Made by a program: the position numbers and the translations under genes. Positions 20,414 through 30,165 of a stretch of 64,000 nucleotides of DNA are shown here, in pieces (positions within the stretch are counted from its first letter, which is position 1; each line of letters starts with the position of its first letter). Under the pieces are notes generated by a model. That model was not told the origin of the DNA, made no database searches, and saw only the letters and a program-made list of their open reading frames with translations. Location: the NCBI GenBank assembly GCA_000146465.1, contig CP001948.1; one strand, given 5' to 3'.

Positions 20414-23107
20414 ATGGGACTTTCTATGGATGAAAACAGCAGGATGAAGGTAGAATCTTTTGAAAGGTTGGATGAGGAGAGAAGAAGTGTTGAGGAATAC
20501 TTTCCGGCAGAAAATATCTCGAACTTGGAAGTGAACAGGATTATGGAGACTATCGACATGGTAAAAAGAGAAGCGGCCAAAGATTCAGAAACTCTTTCCA
20601 AGGCTATTCACGAAGCTACTGAATGTTTAGATCTACTCCAGGGACTTTTAAGGTGGGGTGCGCAATCACTAGAAGAAGGATCAGACCTTATGAGGAATAT
20701 ACTTATTTGGCTTAGAATCCGAAGGTCTCGTTTTAGCATTGCCACTGTTGAGATTTTAGAAGGGTTTTTGAAGCTAGGCTCTAACCAAATTGATGAAGAC
20801 TTGAGCCAAGAGGAAGAAGAATATCTTGTTAGAATACTTGAGGAAATCAGAGAATACATAGAAGAGAATATATTGGGATGCAATAGAGATTCCATCCGTA
20901 TGTTTCTCTTCCGAATCTTTCTTAAGTCAAGCAAGGCTGGAGACACCACGAAAGTGTTTGCCTTTGAGTTATATTCCCGAGTTGCCATACCTGCCCAGCA
21001 CGAGGAGTTTGGGGTCATTATTCATGAAATAGACAGCTTAGACCTATTTAGTATTGGAGAAATGAATTTCAGAGACTACACTATTCTGAAGATATACAGA
21101 AATGTAGTGTTCCGAGAGTCGAAGATAATTGAAGAGAGCCATGACCGTTTGGTCAATATTCTGTTCGAAAAGCTCCTTTCTTATCTTCCTAGCCGTAGCT
21201 CCGAGCGCGCCTTTTCACTAATTAGCTATTCTTCTTCTTGTTCTCAGATCCTATGTGTATCTCTATCACTCTGCTACTTGAAAGAGCTGAGTGAAAACAG
21301 AAAGAGCCTTGACTCCAAACTTCTGATTCTTTTTATTGAAAACATGGTGAGGATTGGGAGGAAAAAAGAGTATGGGGAGGAGGAAATTGCATATTTCAAA
21401 TGTAAGTTTGGAAGCCTTGAGCCTCGGGTGGCTGTGCTCAGAGTTATAAAGTCCTTTGTGATTTTACTACTACGGATAATAGATCAAAAAGAACATAAAT
21501 CCCGAATAAAAGCAGCCAAGGTTCTTTGTGGAATTCAGCTCCATGGAATGGCAATTGGAAGAAAAATGTTTCTGAAAATCTTGAGGATTGCAAGAAAGTA
21601 CATGGAAGACAGACGGGTTACCATTATGAAGGGAGTGATAAACATTATTGGCCAGTTTGATCTGGCTGCTTTGGCTAAGGAAATGCAAAGAATACACTCT
21701 ATCTTGGCAAAGAAGGAAATGTTTGATAAAGTTAAAGATTCCTTTCAAACTGAAACATGCTATAGAGCATACATAGACCTGCTTAGCAACAAAGATACAA
21801 GGGATATTGAATACCGAATTGAAGACATCAAGCTACTTGCAAGGATCTTTTACTCTTATGAGAATAAGAGTGTTTGTAAGTTCATGAGAATTACCGTGTT
21901 TTCTATTGAGGATGTGTTTGTTGCGGAATTTGCTGCTTTGTACTCTGAGTTTCATCCGAACAGTATTGATGAGGTTTATGCAGCTTCAATCCTCTTGGAC
22001 TCCAGAGAAGAAATAACAAGAGGCAAAAATGTCTTGTTCTATAACAATGTCTTGAGGATACTTATGAATCTAAGATCAAGATTTTCTTCGGAGTTAAGGA
22101 GAAGGCTGGTAGTATTTCTTCGAAAACTTGTTTTCTATAGTCCATACACAAGGAATGCTGGAATGCTTATAAACCTCTTAGGATATGGGGGGATTGAATT
22201 TCCTAGAAGAACCGACTACTTTGTAGCAATACTTGGTTCTTGTGGGAGTCCATACATGAGAGACTACTTCCCTGGATATTCATGGTCTCCAAACAAAGAG
22301 CTTGGACTTGTATACAACCTTCGGTTCGACCCGGCATTTGGAACAGCATATAAGTGGAAGCTGGAAGAGATTTTATCTAGAATGAATTGCAGCCTTGATG
22401 GAAAGGAGGCATTGGTGTGTGCTGAGCTTCTCTTATTCCTGAGCGAGACGATCGAACTTAATGAAGGAGCCAAATCCTATACTCTTGCCTTTGAACTGGT
22501 GGCAAACAACAGCAACTTTATAGTCTGGGGAGCTAAGTCAAATTGTATAAGTGTATCTAAGGAAGCCAATGTTTTACTAAAGAAAGCGACAAAGGCAGGA
22601 GCCATTCTCCCCCACATTTCTATTCCAATAGTGTTTTCCTACTATCTTGTTTCTCCAGAGATGGTCTACACATACTTCGAAACGACTTTAAGTGTTATTC
22701 GAGAGGCAATTGAGAACAAAAGATTGATGTTTAAGGAAAAAGGTCAAATTCTTGAGTTCCAAATGGTATATGATATTTATGTCCATTCTAAGCACAAGTC
22801 CAGGCTTGTAGACAAATTACTGGAGGTATTTGATGAATGCCCCATCAAAACATATTATCTCATGAGCCAGGCAGTAAAATTTGAAAAAAAGGATCGTTTT
22901 AAAATCATGAAATGTGTAGATGGTATGGTTCACTCCTATGACCCAGACAAAAGCAGAGTGCTTCTAAAGCTGCACTCCCTATTTTCCGAAGTTTTTATTT
23001 CAAGTAGGTCAAAAAAGGAAATGAGGATCTCTAACGAGAATGTTCTCTTTGAAGAGAATGCATCACTGGATGACATAGATAATCTGAGGCTGCTTAGAGT
23101 TAAATAA
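20414..23107 (+). CDS. hypothetical large alpha-helical repeat protein (about 898 aa from Met at 20414)
   Basis: Long ORF; the upstream part of the computed ORF overlaps TFIIE, so the start is set at the first Met after the TFIIE stop. I recognise no motifs. Confidence 0.4.
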   Translation: MGLSMDENSRMKVESFERLDEERRSVEEYFPAENISNLEVNRIMETIDMVKREAAKDSETLSKAIHEATECLDLLQGLLRWGAQSLEEGSDLMRNILIWLRIRRSRFSIATVEILEGFLKLGSNQIDEDLSQEEEEYLVRILEEIREYIEENILGCNRDSIRMFLFRIFLKSSKAGDTTKVFAFELYSRVAIPAQHEEFGVIIHEIDSLDLFSIGEMNFRDYTILKIYRNVVFRESKIIEESHDRLVNILFEKLLSYLPSRSSERAFSLISYSSSCSQILCVSLSLCYLKELSENRKSLDSKLLILFIENMVRIGRKKEYGEEEIAYFKCKFGSLEPRVAVLRVIKSFVILLLRIIDQKEHKSRIKAAKVLCGIQLHGMAIGRKMFLKILRIARKYMEDRRVTIMKGVINIIGQFDLAALAKEMQRIHSILAKKEMFDKVKDSFQTETCYRAYIDLLSNKDTRDIEYRIEDIKLLARIFYSYENKSVCKFMRITVFSIEDVFVAEFAALYSEFHPNSIDEVYAASILLDSREEITRGKNVLFYNNVLRILMNLRSRFSSELRRRLVVFLRKLVFYSPYTRNAGMLINLLGYGGIEFPRRTDYFVAILGSCGSPYMRDYFPGYSWSPNKELGLVYNLRFDPAFGTAYKWKLEEILSRMNCSLDGKEALVCAELLLFLSETIELNEGAKSYTLAFELVANNSNFIVWGAKSNCISVSKEANVLLKKATKAGAILPHISIPIVFSYYLVSPEMVYTYFETTLSVIREAIENKRLMFKEKGQILEFQMVYDIYVHSKHKSRLVDKLLEVFDECPIKTYYLMSQAVKFEKKDRFKIMKCVDGMVHSYDPDKSRVLLKLHSLFSEVFISSRSKKEMRISNENVLFEENASLDDIDNLRLLRVK

Positions 23108-23151
23108 ATACATTGAATATGGATTCACCATTAAAGATTCGACAAGAAATC

Positions 23152-23223
23152 TGGTTCCACCGAGATTCGAACTCAGATTACTGGATTCAAAGTCCAGGGT
23201 GCTAACCATTACACTATGGAACC
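23152..23223 (-). tRNA. tRNA-Gln (anticodon UUG)
   Basis: Reverse complement reads GGTTCCATAGTGTAATGGTTAGCACCCTGGACTTTGAATCCAGTAATCTGAGTTCGAATCTCGGTGGAACCA. It has a 7-bp acceptor stem (GGTTCCA/TGGAACC), a D arm, an anticodon stem CTGGA/TCCAG with loop CTTTGAA (anticodon TTG), and a T arm CTGAG-TTCGAAT-CTCGG. It is near-identical to typical eukaryotic tRNA-Gln(UUG), and CCA is not encoded. Confidence 0.85.
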
Positions 23224-23320
23224 TTAAGGTGCCTTGCAAAGAGACTCCTTGCAGATAATTCCCGGCTTTAGACTGTAGAGGATGATCCCTAATAATTTTT
23301 AAGAGAATTATCTCCCCAAC

Positions 23321-23695
23321 ATGAACATGAAATGCATTCGAGAGAAGATAGAAAAGGCCAAACCCCATTTTGTGAAAGCAGCCTCAGATACTCTTCAGGG
23401 ATATATTTTTGGGTGCATGGTAGGCGTGTTTTCCTCATCGGAGAGGCCATCTTTCAAGAATATTCACGAGTCTGGAAAGTCGTTTGCAAAGATTAGTATG
23501 GTATACTCCACAACAGAATCAGCTCTTCAGCTTTATGGATCAGAAAACGCACCGCTTAACAGCCTTATAAGCGGTATGGTTGCCGGAGGCCTTGGGGTGA
23601 GGGACAAGTCCAAAAAATCTATTTTAACTGGAGCAGCATCTTTTGGGCTATACACAGGAATGTCCAGTGTTTTTCCCACGAAGGGACAGAAGTAA
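23321..23695 (+). CDS. Tim17/Tim22/Tim23-family inner-membrane translocase subunit (likely mitosomal or mitochondrial)
   Basis: A small membrane protein with G/A-rich helices (GCMVGVFSS, GMVAGGLGV, GAASFGLYTG) typical of the Tim17 family fold. Confidence 0.5.
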   Translation: MNMKCIREKIEKAKPHFVKAASDTLQGYIFGCMVGVFSSSERPSFKNIHESGKSFAKISMVYSTTESALQLYGSENAPLNSLISGMVAGGLGVRDKSKKSILTGAASFGLYTGMSSVFPTKGQK

Positions 23696-24084
23696 GATGA
23701 GGGCTTAAATCTTTCTTATGTTATAGGAAAATAAAAGCCGATAGGGCGACTGGACATATGTAAGGAACAAATGGATATGTCTGAGAAGGTTTTCCGATTG
23801 AAAGACATCTCCAAGGATGGTTCTTCTTCATCATAACGAAAAGTAGGTTTGAAGAGAGAAATGAGACTGAATGCAAATTAAAATTAAATTATTTAGCAAT
23901 ATGGACTTATTTATTAGGCCCCGATGAGCCGATTTAAATGATGGAATCTAAAATCTATTATCATGATAAACAAAATGATACCAAACGCCTAAATTGATTA
24001 ATATTAGCAATGAATAGATATATTGGCTGGAAACAAACGGGAATTACTATAAATGGACAAACATTAATTATCGGTCCCTTGTAA

Positions 24085-24804
24085 ATGAACAAAATTTTTG
24101 GGTATATAAAAACATATGAGGAGGCTTGTTTAGTAGTGCATGCCGTGAGATTAGGATACTTCAGTACGATAGAAGGAAGGTTAGCTCCCGAGGAGCGAGA
24201 AAAAATCAGGTCGGGAGACATATTCTGCTTTGTGGAGTCACCAAACGGCATCAAAAGATGGACAGACGGAAAGACATGGTCTCCATCTAAGATCCATGGG
24301 CAGTTTCTTTTGTATCAGGAGGTTCCCAAGCATATGAACAAAAGTGCAATTGGGAAAAGAAACCGCCAAAAGTCCCTTCTAGGGATAAGTAAGAGAGGAA
24401 GAACACGGGAAAAGATCATCAACTGGGACGACAAACTTTCTCTTAACAAGAAAACGATTTCAATCTGCCTGCAGAATAAAACCTACCATGTGATAGCATA
24501 CTTCAGACCGATGTTCTTTAGGATGTCTCTGATAAAAGTCCCTCTTTTCAGCCATATGGATATGGCACTGAAGATATACCCAGAATTGCTCTCCGACGAG
24601 TTTCTTAGGACTATGACTACCAAAAAAGACCTTTATTCGAAATTCAAGCTACCATTTCCTTCCAAACAGATGATATTTCCAGAAGTCAAGAGACATTCCT
24701 TAGAAGAAATAGCAAGTAGTGTATTAACGGAATGGATGCAAGAGAAGATCAAAAGCAGCGATGTAGAGAAGAAATATATTTACTTGTGCAATAGTAATAA
24801 ATGA
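24085..24804 (+). CDS. Gti1/Pac2 (WOPR-domain) family transcriptional regulator
   Basis: FGYIKTYEEACLVVHAVRLGYFS...RLAPEEREKIRSGDIFCFVE...IKRWTDGKTWSPSKIHGQFLLYQE matches the WOPR domain consensus (GyVeT..DAlliFeAcRlG....RRL...ER..I.SGsVFVW.E...KRWTDG..WSpSR..G.FL.Y.E). Confidence 0.7.
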   Translation: MNKIFGYIKTYEEACLVVHAVRLGYFSTIEGRLAPEEREKIRSGDIFCFVESPNGIKRWTDGKTWSPSKIHGQFLLYQEVPKHMNKSAIGKRNRQKSLLGISKRGRTREKIINWDDKLSLNKKTISICLQNKTYHVIAYFRPMFFRMSLIKVPLFSHMDMALKIYPELLSDEFLRTMTTKKDLYSKFKLPFPSKQMIFPEVKRHSLEEIASSVLTEWMQEKIKSSDVEKKYIYLCNSNK

Positions 24805-24852
24805 TAGTCTCATTTGTTTGTACTTTTCAAATTAGAAATCACCAATCCCCAC

Positions 24853-26982
24853 ATGAACGAGGTGGATGCATTGCTTAGAGAGATTAGAATAGATTGGGAA
24901 ACCCTCATCACAGAGGACTTCAATCCTCTGAGACAGGCCCTGAAGAATAAAAACAATTCTGTAGAGGCTTCAAATTTCAGGAATCTCTTCCACAAGGTTG
25001 AAAAGGCAATGGAAGAGATCATAGAAGGAAACTACAAGGGATTTAGTGACTCGGTTCTCTCGTATATGGAGTCCTATTACCTCAACAAGAAGTGCTATGA
25101 TAGCATCCAAGAGATATTTAGAACGACAAAGGAGTTGTCTGAGATGAAGATAGAGGTGAAAGATATGATTAAGGAATATGAAGACGTGGTGGTTTTTGAG
25201 GCCAAGGAGAAGATTTGCCTCACACTTCTTGAGGTTAGAAGAAACTTCAGGGAGTTTTGTGAAATCAGAGACAAGATTGAAAACAACATAAAGAGAAATA
25301 TCGAAGATCCGGATATGAGTCTTAGACTTCTTGAGGCTTCCAAGAAGATCAGAGACATATTCGATCTAATAAATGAAAACAGATTGATAGACCTAGATTG
25401 CATCAGGAAGTTTAGAAACGACGTAAACTCAGAGGCCGAAGACCTAATGAGATTGATTTACAGTAGGATCAACAAGTTTGTTTTCCAGAACGAATGCAAG
25501 TATCAGGAGGATTTTAGATGCATTGTAGTTTTGAATGCCTTGCAAGGCCTTGAGAAGTATCAAGCGGACAATCTTGAGAAAGAGTACTTCAAGGTGGTAG
25601 AATCGGCAATTGAAGAGGTAGAGAAAAGTAAGGTAGAGAATAAAGCAGAAGTGCTAGCAAAGGTTATTATGGGAAGAACCAAGGTGATTATTCGTAATTT
25701 CAAGACGTTGTTTGAGATGGCAGATACTTCTTTTGAGGGTCTTCATGAAAAGTTGAAGAACTTTTTTGGGGAGGAGGAACCTGTGCTGAGGATCTACAGC
25801 CCAAGATGCCAGGAAACTGTTGAGTTGGCTATAAACAAGGTGATTCGAAGGTTTGTTCTGGAGTACATAGAGGATCCCGAAAAGCGTTGCTATGAAGAGA
25901 TGTTTCGGGCGGAAAACTTTGTTGATGATATCGATTACGGCTCTGTGTTTGAAAGCAAATATCTTATCCATGAAAAAATGACTAGGGCCACAAAGCTCCA
26001 GACAGTATTTTCCGAGAATTTTAGGAGGATCCTCTCTTCAAGTGTAGAGATAGCAATCTACATGGAAAAGTATGCCGTTAGTTCTGAGATGAAGAAGTAT
26101 CTAAGAAATGTTCTGAACGAGAAGTATGTGAAGGAGAAGGAGAACTGGGCGGAAAGGCAAATAATTTGTATATTTAACAACGATGAGTGGCATGGAAACG
26201 ACTACATCAATTATCGGTTGTCTTTTTACACAAAATACCAAGAGATCATTGCAGACATTTCTTCTCATCCAGATCTTTGCAATATTTCCACAATCTCAGG
26301 CTTTTTGGACGACTTTCTTGAGAAAAGATTTGATGAGTATTTTAGCAACATTTTCAGGTCCGATTTGATCAGAGAATGTCTCTCGAACGGAAACACCAAG
26401 GAAGAGGCTGTGGAAGCCTTCAAAAACTCCTTGCTTACAAGGGACATAGACAGGAATTTCCTATTTTTTCAAAAACGATGCTACGAAAATATGTTTTTTG
26501 GTTTAGAAACATTGAAAGACATCAACAAATCCATCAAGGGAAGGAAGTTGGAGGCCTTACTCTCCTCGGCACTTACAAGATCGAAGTTCCAGGTTGTTTT
26601 GGAAATACTGTATTTTTTCGATCTGTTCTATCGTGAAGGTAATTACGCCAACAAAAACGATTACTATTTGCATAGAATATTAGGAGTGGTTGAAAACCTA
26701 TATGGACCGGCCTCCTGCTTAGGTGTTCAATCTGAGTACTTCAGCTTTGTATTTGAATGCCTGAACTTTTACATACAAAAGAATGTTATAAGATTGAATG
26801 TAAGATCTGTAGAAGAGTTAAAGTCTTTTCTTGAGAAATTGAGACTATTGGATGAAATCTTGGGGTTTATCGGTGGAGAGGATAGCCTGAATGGAACGGT
26901 TGCCTTCATCGAAGGAGTTATATCTGGTAACTGTAAAAGCGAAAGTGGAAGAAAGTTAAGAACCAAGATTGTAAAGAAATGA
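24853..26982 (+). CDS. hypothetical alpha-helical protein (possible vesicle-tethering or other helical-bundle complex subunit), about 709 aa
   Basis: ORF only. It is helical and coiled-coil rich. The start is set at the Met after the upstream stop context (the ORF begins at 24814). Confidence 0.35.
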   Translation: MNEVDALLREIRIDWETLITEDFNPLRQALKNKNNSVEASNFRNLFHKVEKAMEEIIEGNYKGFSDSVLSYMESYYLNKKCYDSIQEIFRTTKELSEMKIEVKDMIKEYEDVVVFEAKEKICLTLLEVRRNFREFCEIRDKIENNIKRNIEDPDMSLRLLEASKKIRDIFDLINENRLIDLDCIRKFRNDVNSEAEDLMRLIYSRINKFVFQNECKYQEDFRCIVVLNALQGLEKYQADNLEKEYFKVVESAIEEVEKSKVENKAEVLAKVIMGRTKVIIRNFKTLFEMADTSFEGLHEKLKNFFGEEEPVLRIYSPRCQETVELAINKVIRRFVLEYIEDPEKRCYEEMFRAENFVDDIDYGSVFESKYLIHEKMTRATKLQTVFSENFRRILSSSVEIAIYMEKYAVSSEMKKYLRNVLNEKYVKEKENWAERQIICIFNNDEWHGNDYINYRLSFYTKYQEIIADISSHPDLCNISTISGFLDDFLEKRFDEYFSNIFRSDLIRECLSNGNTKEEAVEAFKNSLLTRDIDRNFLFFQKRCYENMFFGLETLKDINKSIKGRKLEALLSSALTRSKFQVVLEILYFFDLFYREGNYANKNDYYLHRILGVVENLYGPASCLGVQSEYFSFVFECLNFYIQKNVIRLNVRSVEELKSFLEKLRLLDEILGFIGGEDSLNGTVAFIEGVISGNCKSESGRKLRTKIVKK

Positions 26983-27035
26983 TGTAAAACGATGTTTCGT
27001 CAGTTTACAAACAATAGGCCGATAGATTTTGCTGG

Positions 27036-27971
27036 TTGGTTTTTAAGATATATGTTGGGGAAAAAGCAACTCTGATGAGTTCCCGAGAACTAGCAACGTT
27101 TATTCCAGGATATTCTAACGGAGACTTATCCGAAAGCTCCTTTGGTGACAAGATAATTGTCAGGGATCAAAGTAATGTCTGTGATGAGAACATGGATATA
27201 GAGGATGTATGGAGTGCAGATATATTGCCCCATTCATGGTATCAAGAACGAATTCTTGGCAATTATAAAGAAGGAAAAAGGTATGCAGACAAGATGATAA
27301 AGGCTGAAGCTAAAGACATATATAGGATATCTCCTGGGAAACTCTCGAAGGCTTTGACTTCCATCGATTTATCAATTCTCCGAAGAATCACACCTAATGA
27401 ATTGGTTGATTACGATGGAACTGGAGACATCAAATGTAGAAATATAAGACATATGAGATCGAAGAACGCAGGTCTGACAAACTTCGTCTCTCACGAATTA
27501 CTGAAAGAAGGAAATTACAAATACTTCTTCCGGGTCTTGAAACATCTGAAAAAGATAGGAAATTACAACTCGTTTTACTGTGTTGTGAGAGCATTTCAAA
27601 TGCAGAAGCTGGATACAAAAAGATTGGATACTTTGTCTAGGCATATCGAGAAAAGCGCAAGTTATTTTGATATGAGACAAGTCCTGGATGACCTGACCAC
27701 AACTGATATGTTTCTTATATGTCCCATGGATGTCTATATAAGAGATGTAGAGGAATCCAACAGAACCAAAAACAATGAGGTGGCGTCGATGAGGTTCTGT
27801 AGACTCGTGGAAATACTGATAAAGCTACAGGGTCAAGCCTCCAATGTTCGAATCTCGTACGCAAATGAACACTTCCTACTTAGTAAGTTTTGGTATCATC
27901 TTCAAAAGGAGATGGCTTCTGATAGAGAGTTTGGCATAAAAAGATACGAAGGGCAATTTTTACTTATATGA
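27036..27971 (+). CDS. RasGEF (CDC25-homology) domain protein
   Basis: Blocks ISPGKLSKALTSIDLSILRRITPNEL, GLTNFVSHELLKE, NYNSFYCVVRAFQMQKL...RLDTLSRHIE and MFLICPMDVYIRDV follow the order and spacing of RasGEF catalytic-domain conserved regions (A.QLTLiE..lF..I.P.E; NfNS.maI..aL.s..I.RL..TW; PciPflG.yL.D). Confidence 0.45.
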   Translation: MVFKIYVGEKATLMSSRELATFIPGYSNGDLSESSFGDKIIVRDQSNVCDENMDIEDVWSADILPHSWYQERILGNYKEGKRYADKMIKAEAKDIYRISPGKLSKALTSIDLSILRRITPNELVDYDGTGDIKCRNIRHMRSKNAGLTNFVSHELLKEGNYKYFFRVLKHLKKIGNYNSFYCVVRAFQMQKLDTKRLDTLSRHIEKSASYFDMRQVLDDLTTTDMFLICPMDVYIRDVEESNRTKNNEVASMRFCRLVEILIKLQGQASNVRISYANEHFLLSKFWYHLQKEMASDREFGIKRYEGQFLLI

Positions 27972-28029
27972 GAAAAGCTACGAGCGTTGGGTCTGTTAAA
28001 TAAAAGCTTGAATATTTCTTCGGGGTTTT

Positions 28030-28887
28030 ATGGAGGAATTTGAAGCACAGATTCCTATAGACTGTCTGTGTTGTACATCCTCGGCCTTAATTGCAGGGGG
28101 ATATCTATTTCATGAGGAAACAAGAAGTGGGAAGATATATTTCTACGATCTTGAAAGCATGGAGATTCAAGACGAATTTGAGACATCAGGAACTCTTGAC
28201 ATTAAGATTAATGCCCAGACCCTATATTCTGCGAATTCTAGAGACGTTTCTGCAATAAATATCGGTAGTAAAAGTATCATCAAAACAGACACAAGGGATA
28301 TTAACACATATCTGGAGATTAATGGAGACGAAGTATTTGTTTCCGACATTGGAGGAAGAGTTAGTGTTTATGATAAAGACATTACTGTGAGAAAGGTTGT
28401 AAAGCTTGGTGAGGCGCCAATCTGGGTGCTTAAAGGAAGATGTAAGGAGTTGATGTGCGGGTCGGAGGATGGAGAGCTCAGATTTGTAGACATGAGAACG
28501 TGGTCCGAACACCACCGAATGAAAAGAGCTTCCGGGGTTATATCAATATATGAACACTTGGAATATTTATATGTAGGGTCATATGATGAGCATATAGAAA
28601 TTGTTGATAAAAGAATGTATGAGGTTGTGAGGAAGGTAAAAGTTGGAGGAGGTGTATGGAGGATCTTTGAGAAAGACAAGACATTCTTTCTGTCTTGTAT
28701 GTATGAAGGGCTGAAGGTTTGCGATGGTGACTTAAATATTGTGAAAGAGTTTCCGACGAACTCAATTGCATATGGACTAGCTTCCTCAGACAAGGAGCTT
28801 TTCTTTACATCGTTTTATGATAAGAAAATATGCAAACTTAGGTTCCAGGACCTAAAAGATATTGTGGAGGGAGAAGACTATTTTTGA
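28030..28887 (+). CDS. WD-repeat protein, possibly DPH7/WDR85-like (diphthamide biosynthesis)
   Basis: Propeller-like repeats are present. The N-terminal DCLCCTSSALIAGGYLFHEETRSGKIYFYDLE resembles the DPH7 start (VEWCP...LACGTYQL.E...R.GrLYLFD). This is a weak call. Confidence 0.3.
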   Translation: MEEFEAQIPIDCLCCTSSALIAGGYLFHEETRSGKIYFYDLESMEIQDEFETSGTLDIKINAQTLYSANSRDVSAINIGSKSIIKTDTRDINTYLEINGDEVFVSDIGGRVSVYDKDITVRKVVKLGEAPIWVLKGRCKELMCGSEDGELRFVDMRTWSEHHRMKRASGVISIYEHLEYLYVGSYDEHIEIVDKRMYEVVRKVKVGGGVWRIFEKDKTFFLSCMYEGLKVCDGDLNIVKEFPTNSIAYGLASSDKELFFTSFYDKKICKLRFQDLKDIVEGEDYF

Positions 28888-28953
28888 AGCAAGGGTTGGA
28901 TTCGGCTGATAGGATGTCCAAGGTTTTAAAAAGTTGATTTGTTTACCCTCAAC

Positions 28954-30063
28954 ATGAAGATAAACATTCAGCATCTGAAGAACAAGTTTGTTGTCGAGGT
29001 GGACAACCTGGATATTACAATAGAAGAGCTTAAGAAAAAACTTGAAGAGAACATGGGGGAGTCTGTCCGAATTCCTGCTGGAGAACAAACCTTGATTTTT
29101 GAGCGCGAAAAGCTTGAGGATGGAAAGAAACTCAGCGATTATGTAAAAGGATCGACTGAGGAGATAAAGTTATTTGTTATCAAGCAGCACAGGAATCCAA
29201 ATCCCATATCAAAGCCGGGGAACATTTATCAAAATGCAAGTAACCCATCCGATGCTCAGTCACAACCACAAGGAGGAAACCACTATGGAGGACATGGACA
29301 ATCAACACCTAATCCATATACGGCCTTTGTACCTCCGTATGGTGGATATGGATCTCCCCAGCAGATGTACGGCCAAATGCCTTATGGATATGGATCTCCT
29401 CATCAGATGTACAGCCAAATGCCTTATGGATATGGATCTCCTCATCAGATGTACAGCCAAATGCCCTACGGATACGGGTTCCCCCAAGGAAGTGGATCTC
29501 CAGGACAAGGGGATGGATACAATGAAGCATTTTCAAATGCAATGATGCAGCAGATGGAGCAGATGCTTAACAACCCAACCTTATTGGAACAAGTGTTAAG
29601 TATACAGAACCCAAACATGACTCCTGAACAGAAGGAAGAGCAAAAGAAAATGCTAAAAGAAGCCTTGAATATGATGAAGGCCAATCCATCTCTGTTCCAA
29701 CAGGCACTTACACCAGAAAGGTTGAATTGGGCACTGAGCACAATGAACGGCGGAGGATATGGAGGGATGTTTCCATCATTTCCTCCAGGAAACATGGGGA
29801 ACTTCAACCAAAGAGATCCACGTGCGCCATGGATGTATGGATACCCCCCTCCAGGATACGGAAGCCCAAGACCAGACCCCCAAGCCGACGAACAAATACA
29901 TCTGGTACAGCTAGAGCAACTCAAAGCAATGGGGTTTGAAGACGAGGAAGCTGGAAAGGCCCTAAGGGAGGCGAAGGGTGATATAAACAAGGCCCTGGAC
30001 ATTCTTCATGAAAGTAAAAAAAAGAAGAGCCAAGAAAACGCTGAGCCCCCTTCGAAGAATTAA
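28954..30063 (+). CDS. ubiquilin / Dsk2-like UBL-UBA shuttle protein
   Basis: N-terminal ubiquitin-like fold (MKINIQHLKNKFVVEVDNLDITIEELKKKLEE...IKLFVIKQH). The middle is Q/M/P/Y/G-rich with STI1-like LLEQVLSIQNPNMTPEQKEE. The C-terminal UBA is LVQLEQLKAMGFEDEEAGKALREAKGDINKALDILHE. The ORF extends upstream to 28939. Confidence 0.75.
   Translation: MKINIQHLKNKFVVEVDNLDITIEELKKKLEENMGESVRIPAGEQTLIFEREKLEDGKKLSDYVKGSTEEIKLFVIKQHRNPNPISKPGNIYQNASNPSDAQSQPQGGNHYGGHGQSTPNPYTAFVPPYGGYGSPQQMYGQMPYGYGSPHQMYSQMPYGYGSPHQMYSQMPYGYGFPQGSGSPGQGDGYNEAFSNAMMQQMEQMLNNPTLLEQVLSIQNPNMTPEQKEEQKKMLKEALNMMKANPSLFQQALTPERLNWALSTMNGGGYGGMFPSFPPGNMGNFNQRDPRAPWMYGYPPPGYGSPRPDPQADEQIHLVQLEQLKAMGFEDEEAGKALREAKGDINKALDILHESKKKKSQENAEPPSKN
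29338..29478 (+). repeat. three tandem 42-nt coding repeats (QMY[G/S]QMPYGYGSPH) inside the ubiquilin-like gene
   Basis: The nucleotide stretch cagatgtacagccaaatgccttatggatatggatctcct occurs in three near-identical, in-frame tandem copies. Confidence 0.8.
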
Positions 30064-30165
30064 ATGTTCTGCAGCACATTCCTTCTTCCTAATCTATGGT
30101 CTTATCTGTGTATCCTTGGCGAAGGTTCATAGAAGGGTCGGAAGGGAGAACGGTTTATTATTAAA

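Noticed and set aside
19804-20601. 265-aa minus-strand ORF
   Set aside because: It lies entirely antisense to TFIIE-alpha and the start of the next gene. Its composition is hydrophobic and low-complexity, typical of antisense frames of K/E-rich genes.
23759-23850. Tiny ORF (MDMSEKVFRLKDISKDGSSSS) and an ATGTAAGG motif in the long spacer upstream of the WOPR gene
   Set aside because: It is about 20 codons with no homology. It is most likely a promoter or UTR sequence. It could be a uORF, but nothing supports a gene.
28167-28793. Several 60-141-aa minus-strand ORFs within 28030..28887
   Set aside because: All are antisense to the WD-repeat gene and lack motifs. They are consistent with chance ORFs in an AT-moderate coding region.
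29174-29545. Plus- and minus-strand ORFs (123, 77 and 68 aa) with internally repetitive peptides (CTAKCLMDMDLLIR repeated)
   Set aside because: They are alternative-frame readings of the 42-nt tandem repeat inside the ubiquilin gene. Their repetitiveness is an artefact of the nucleotide repeat.
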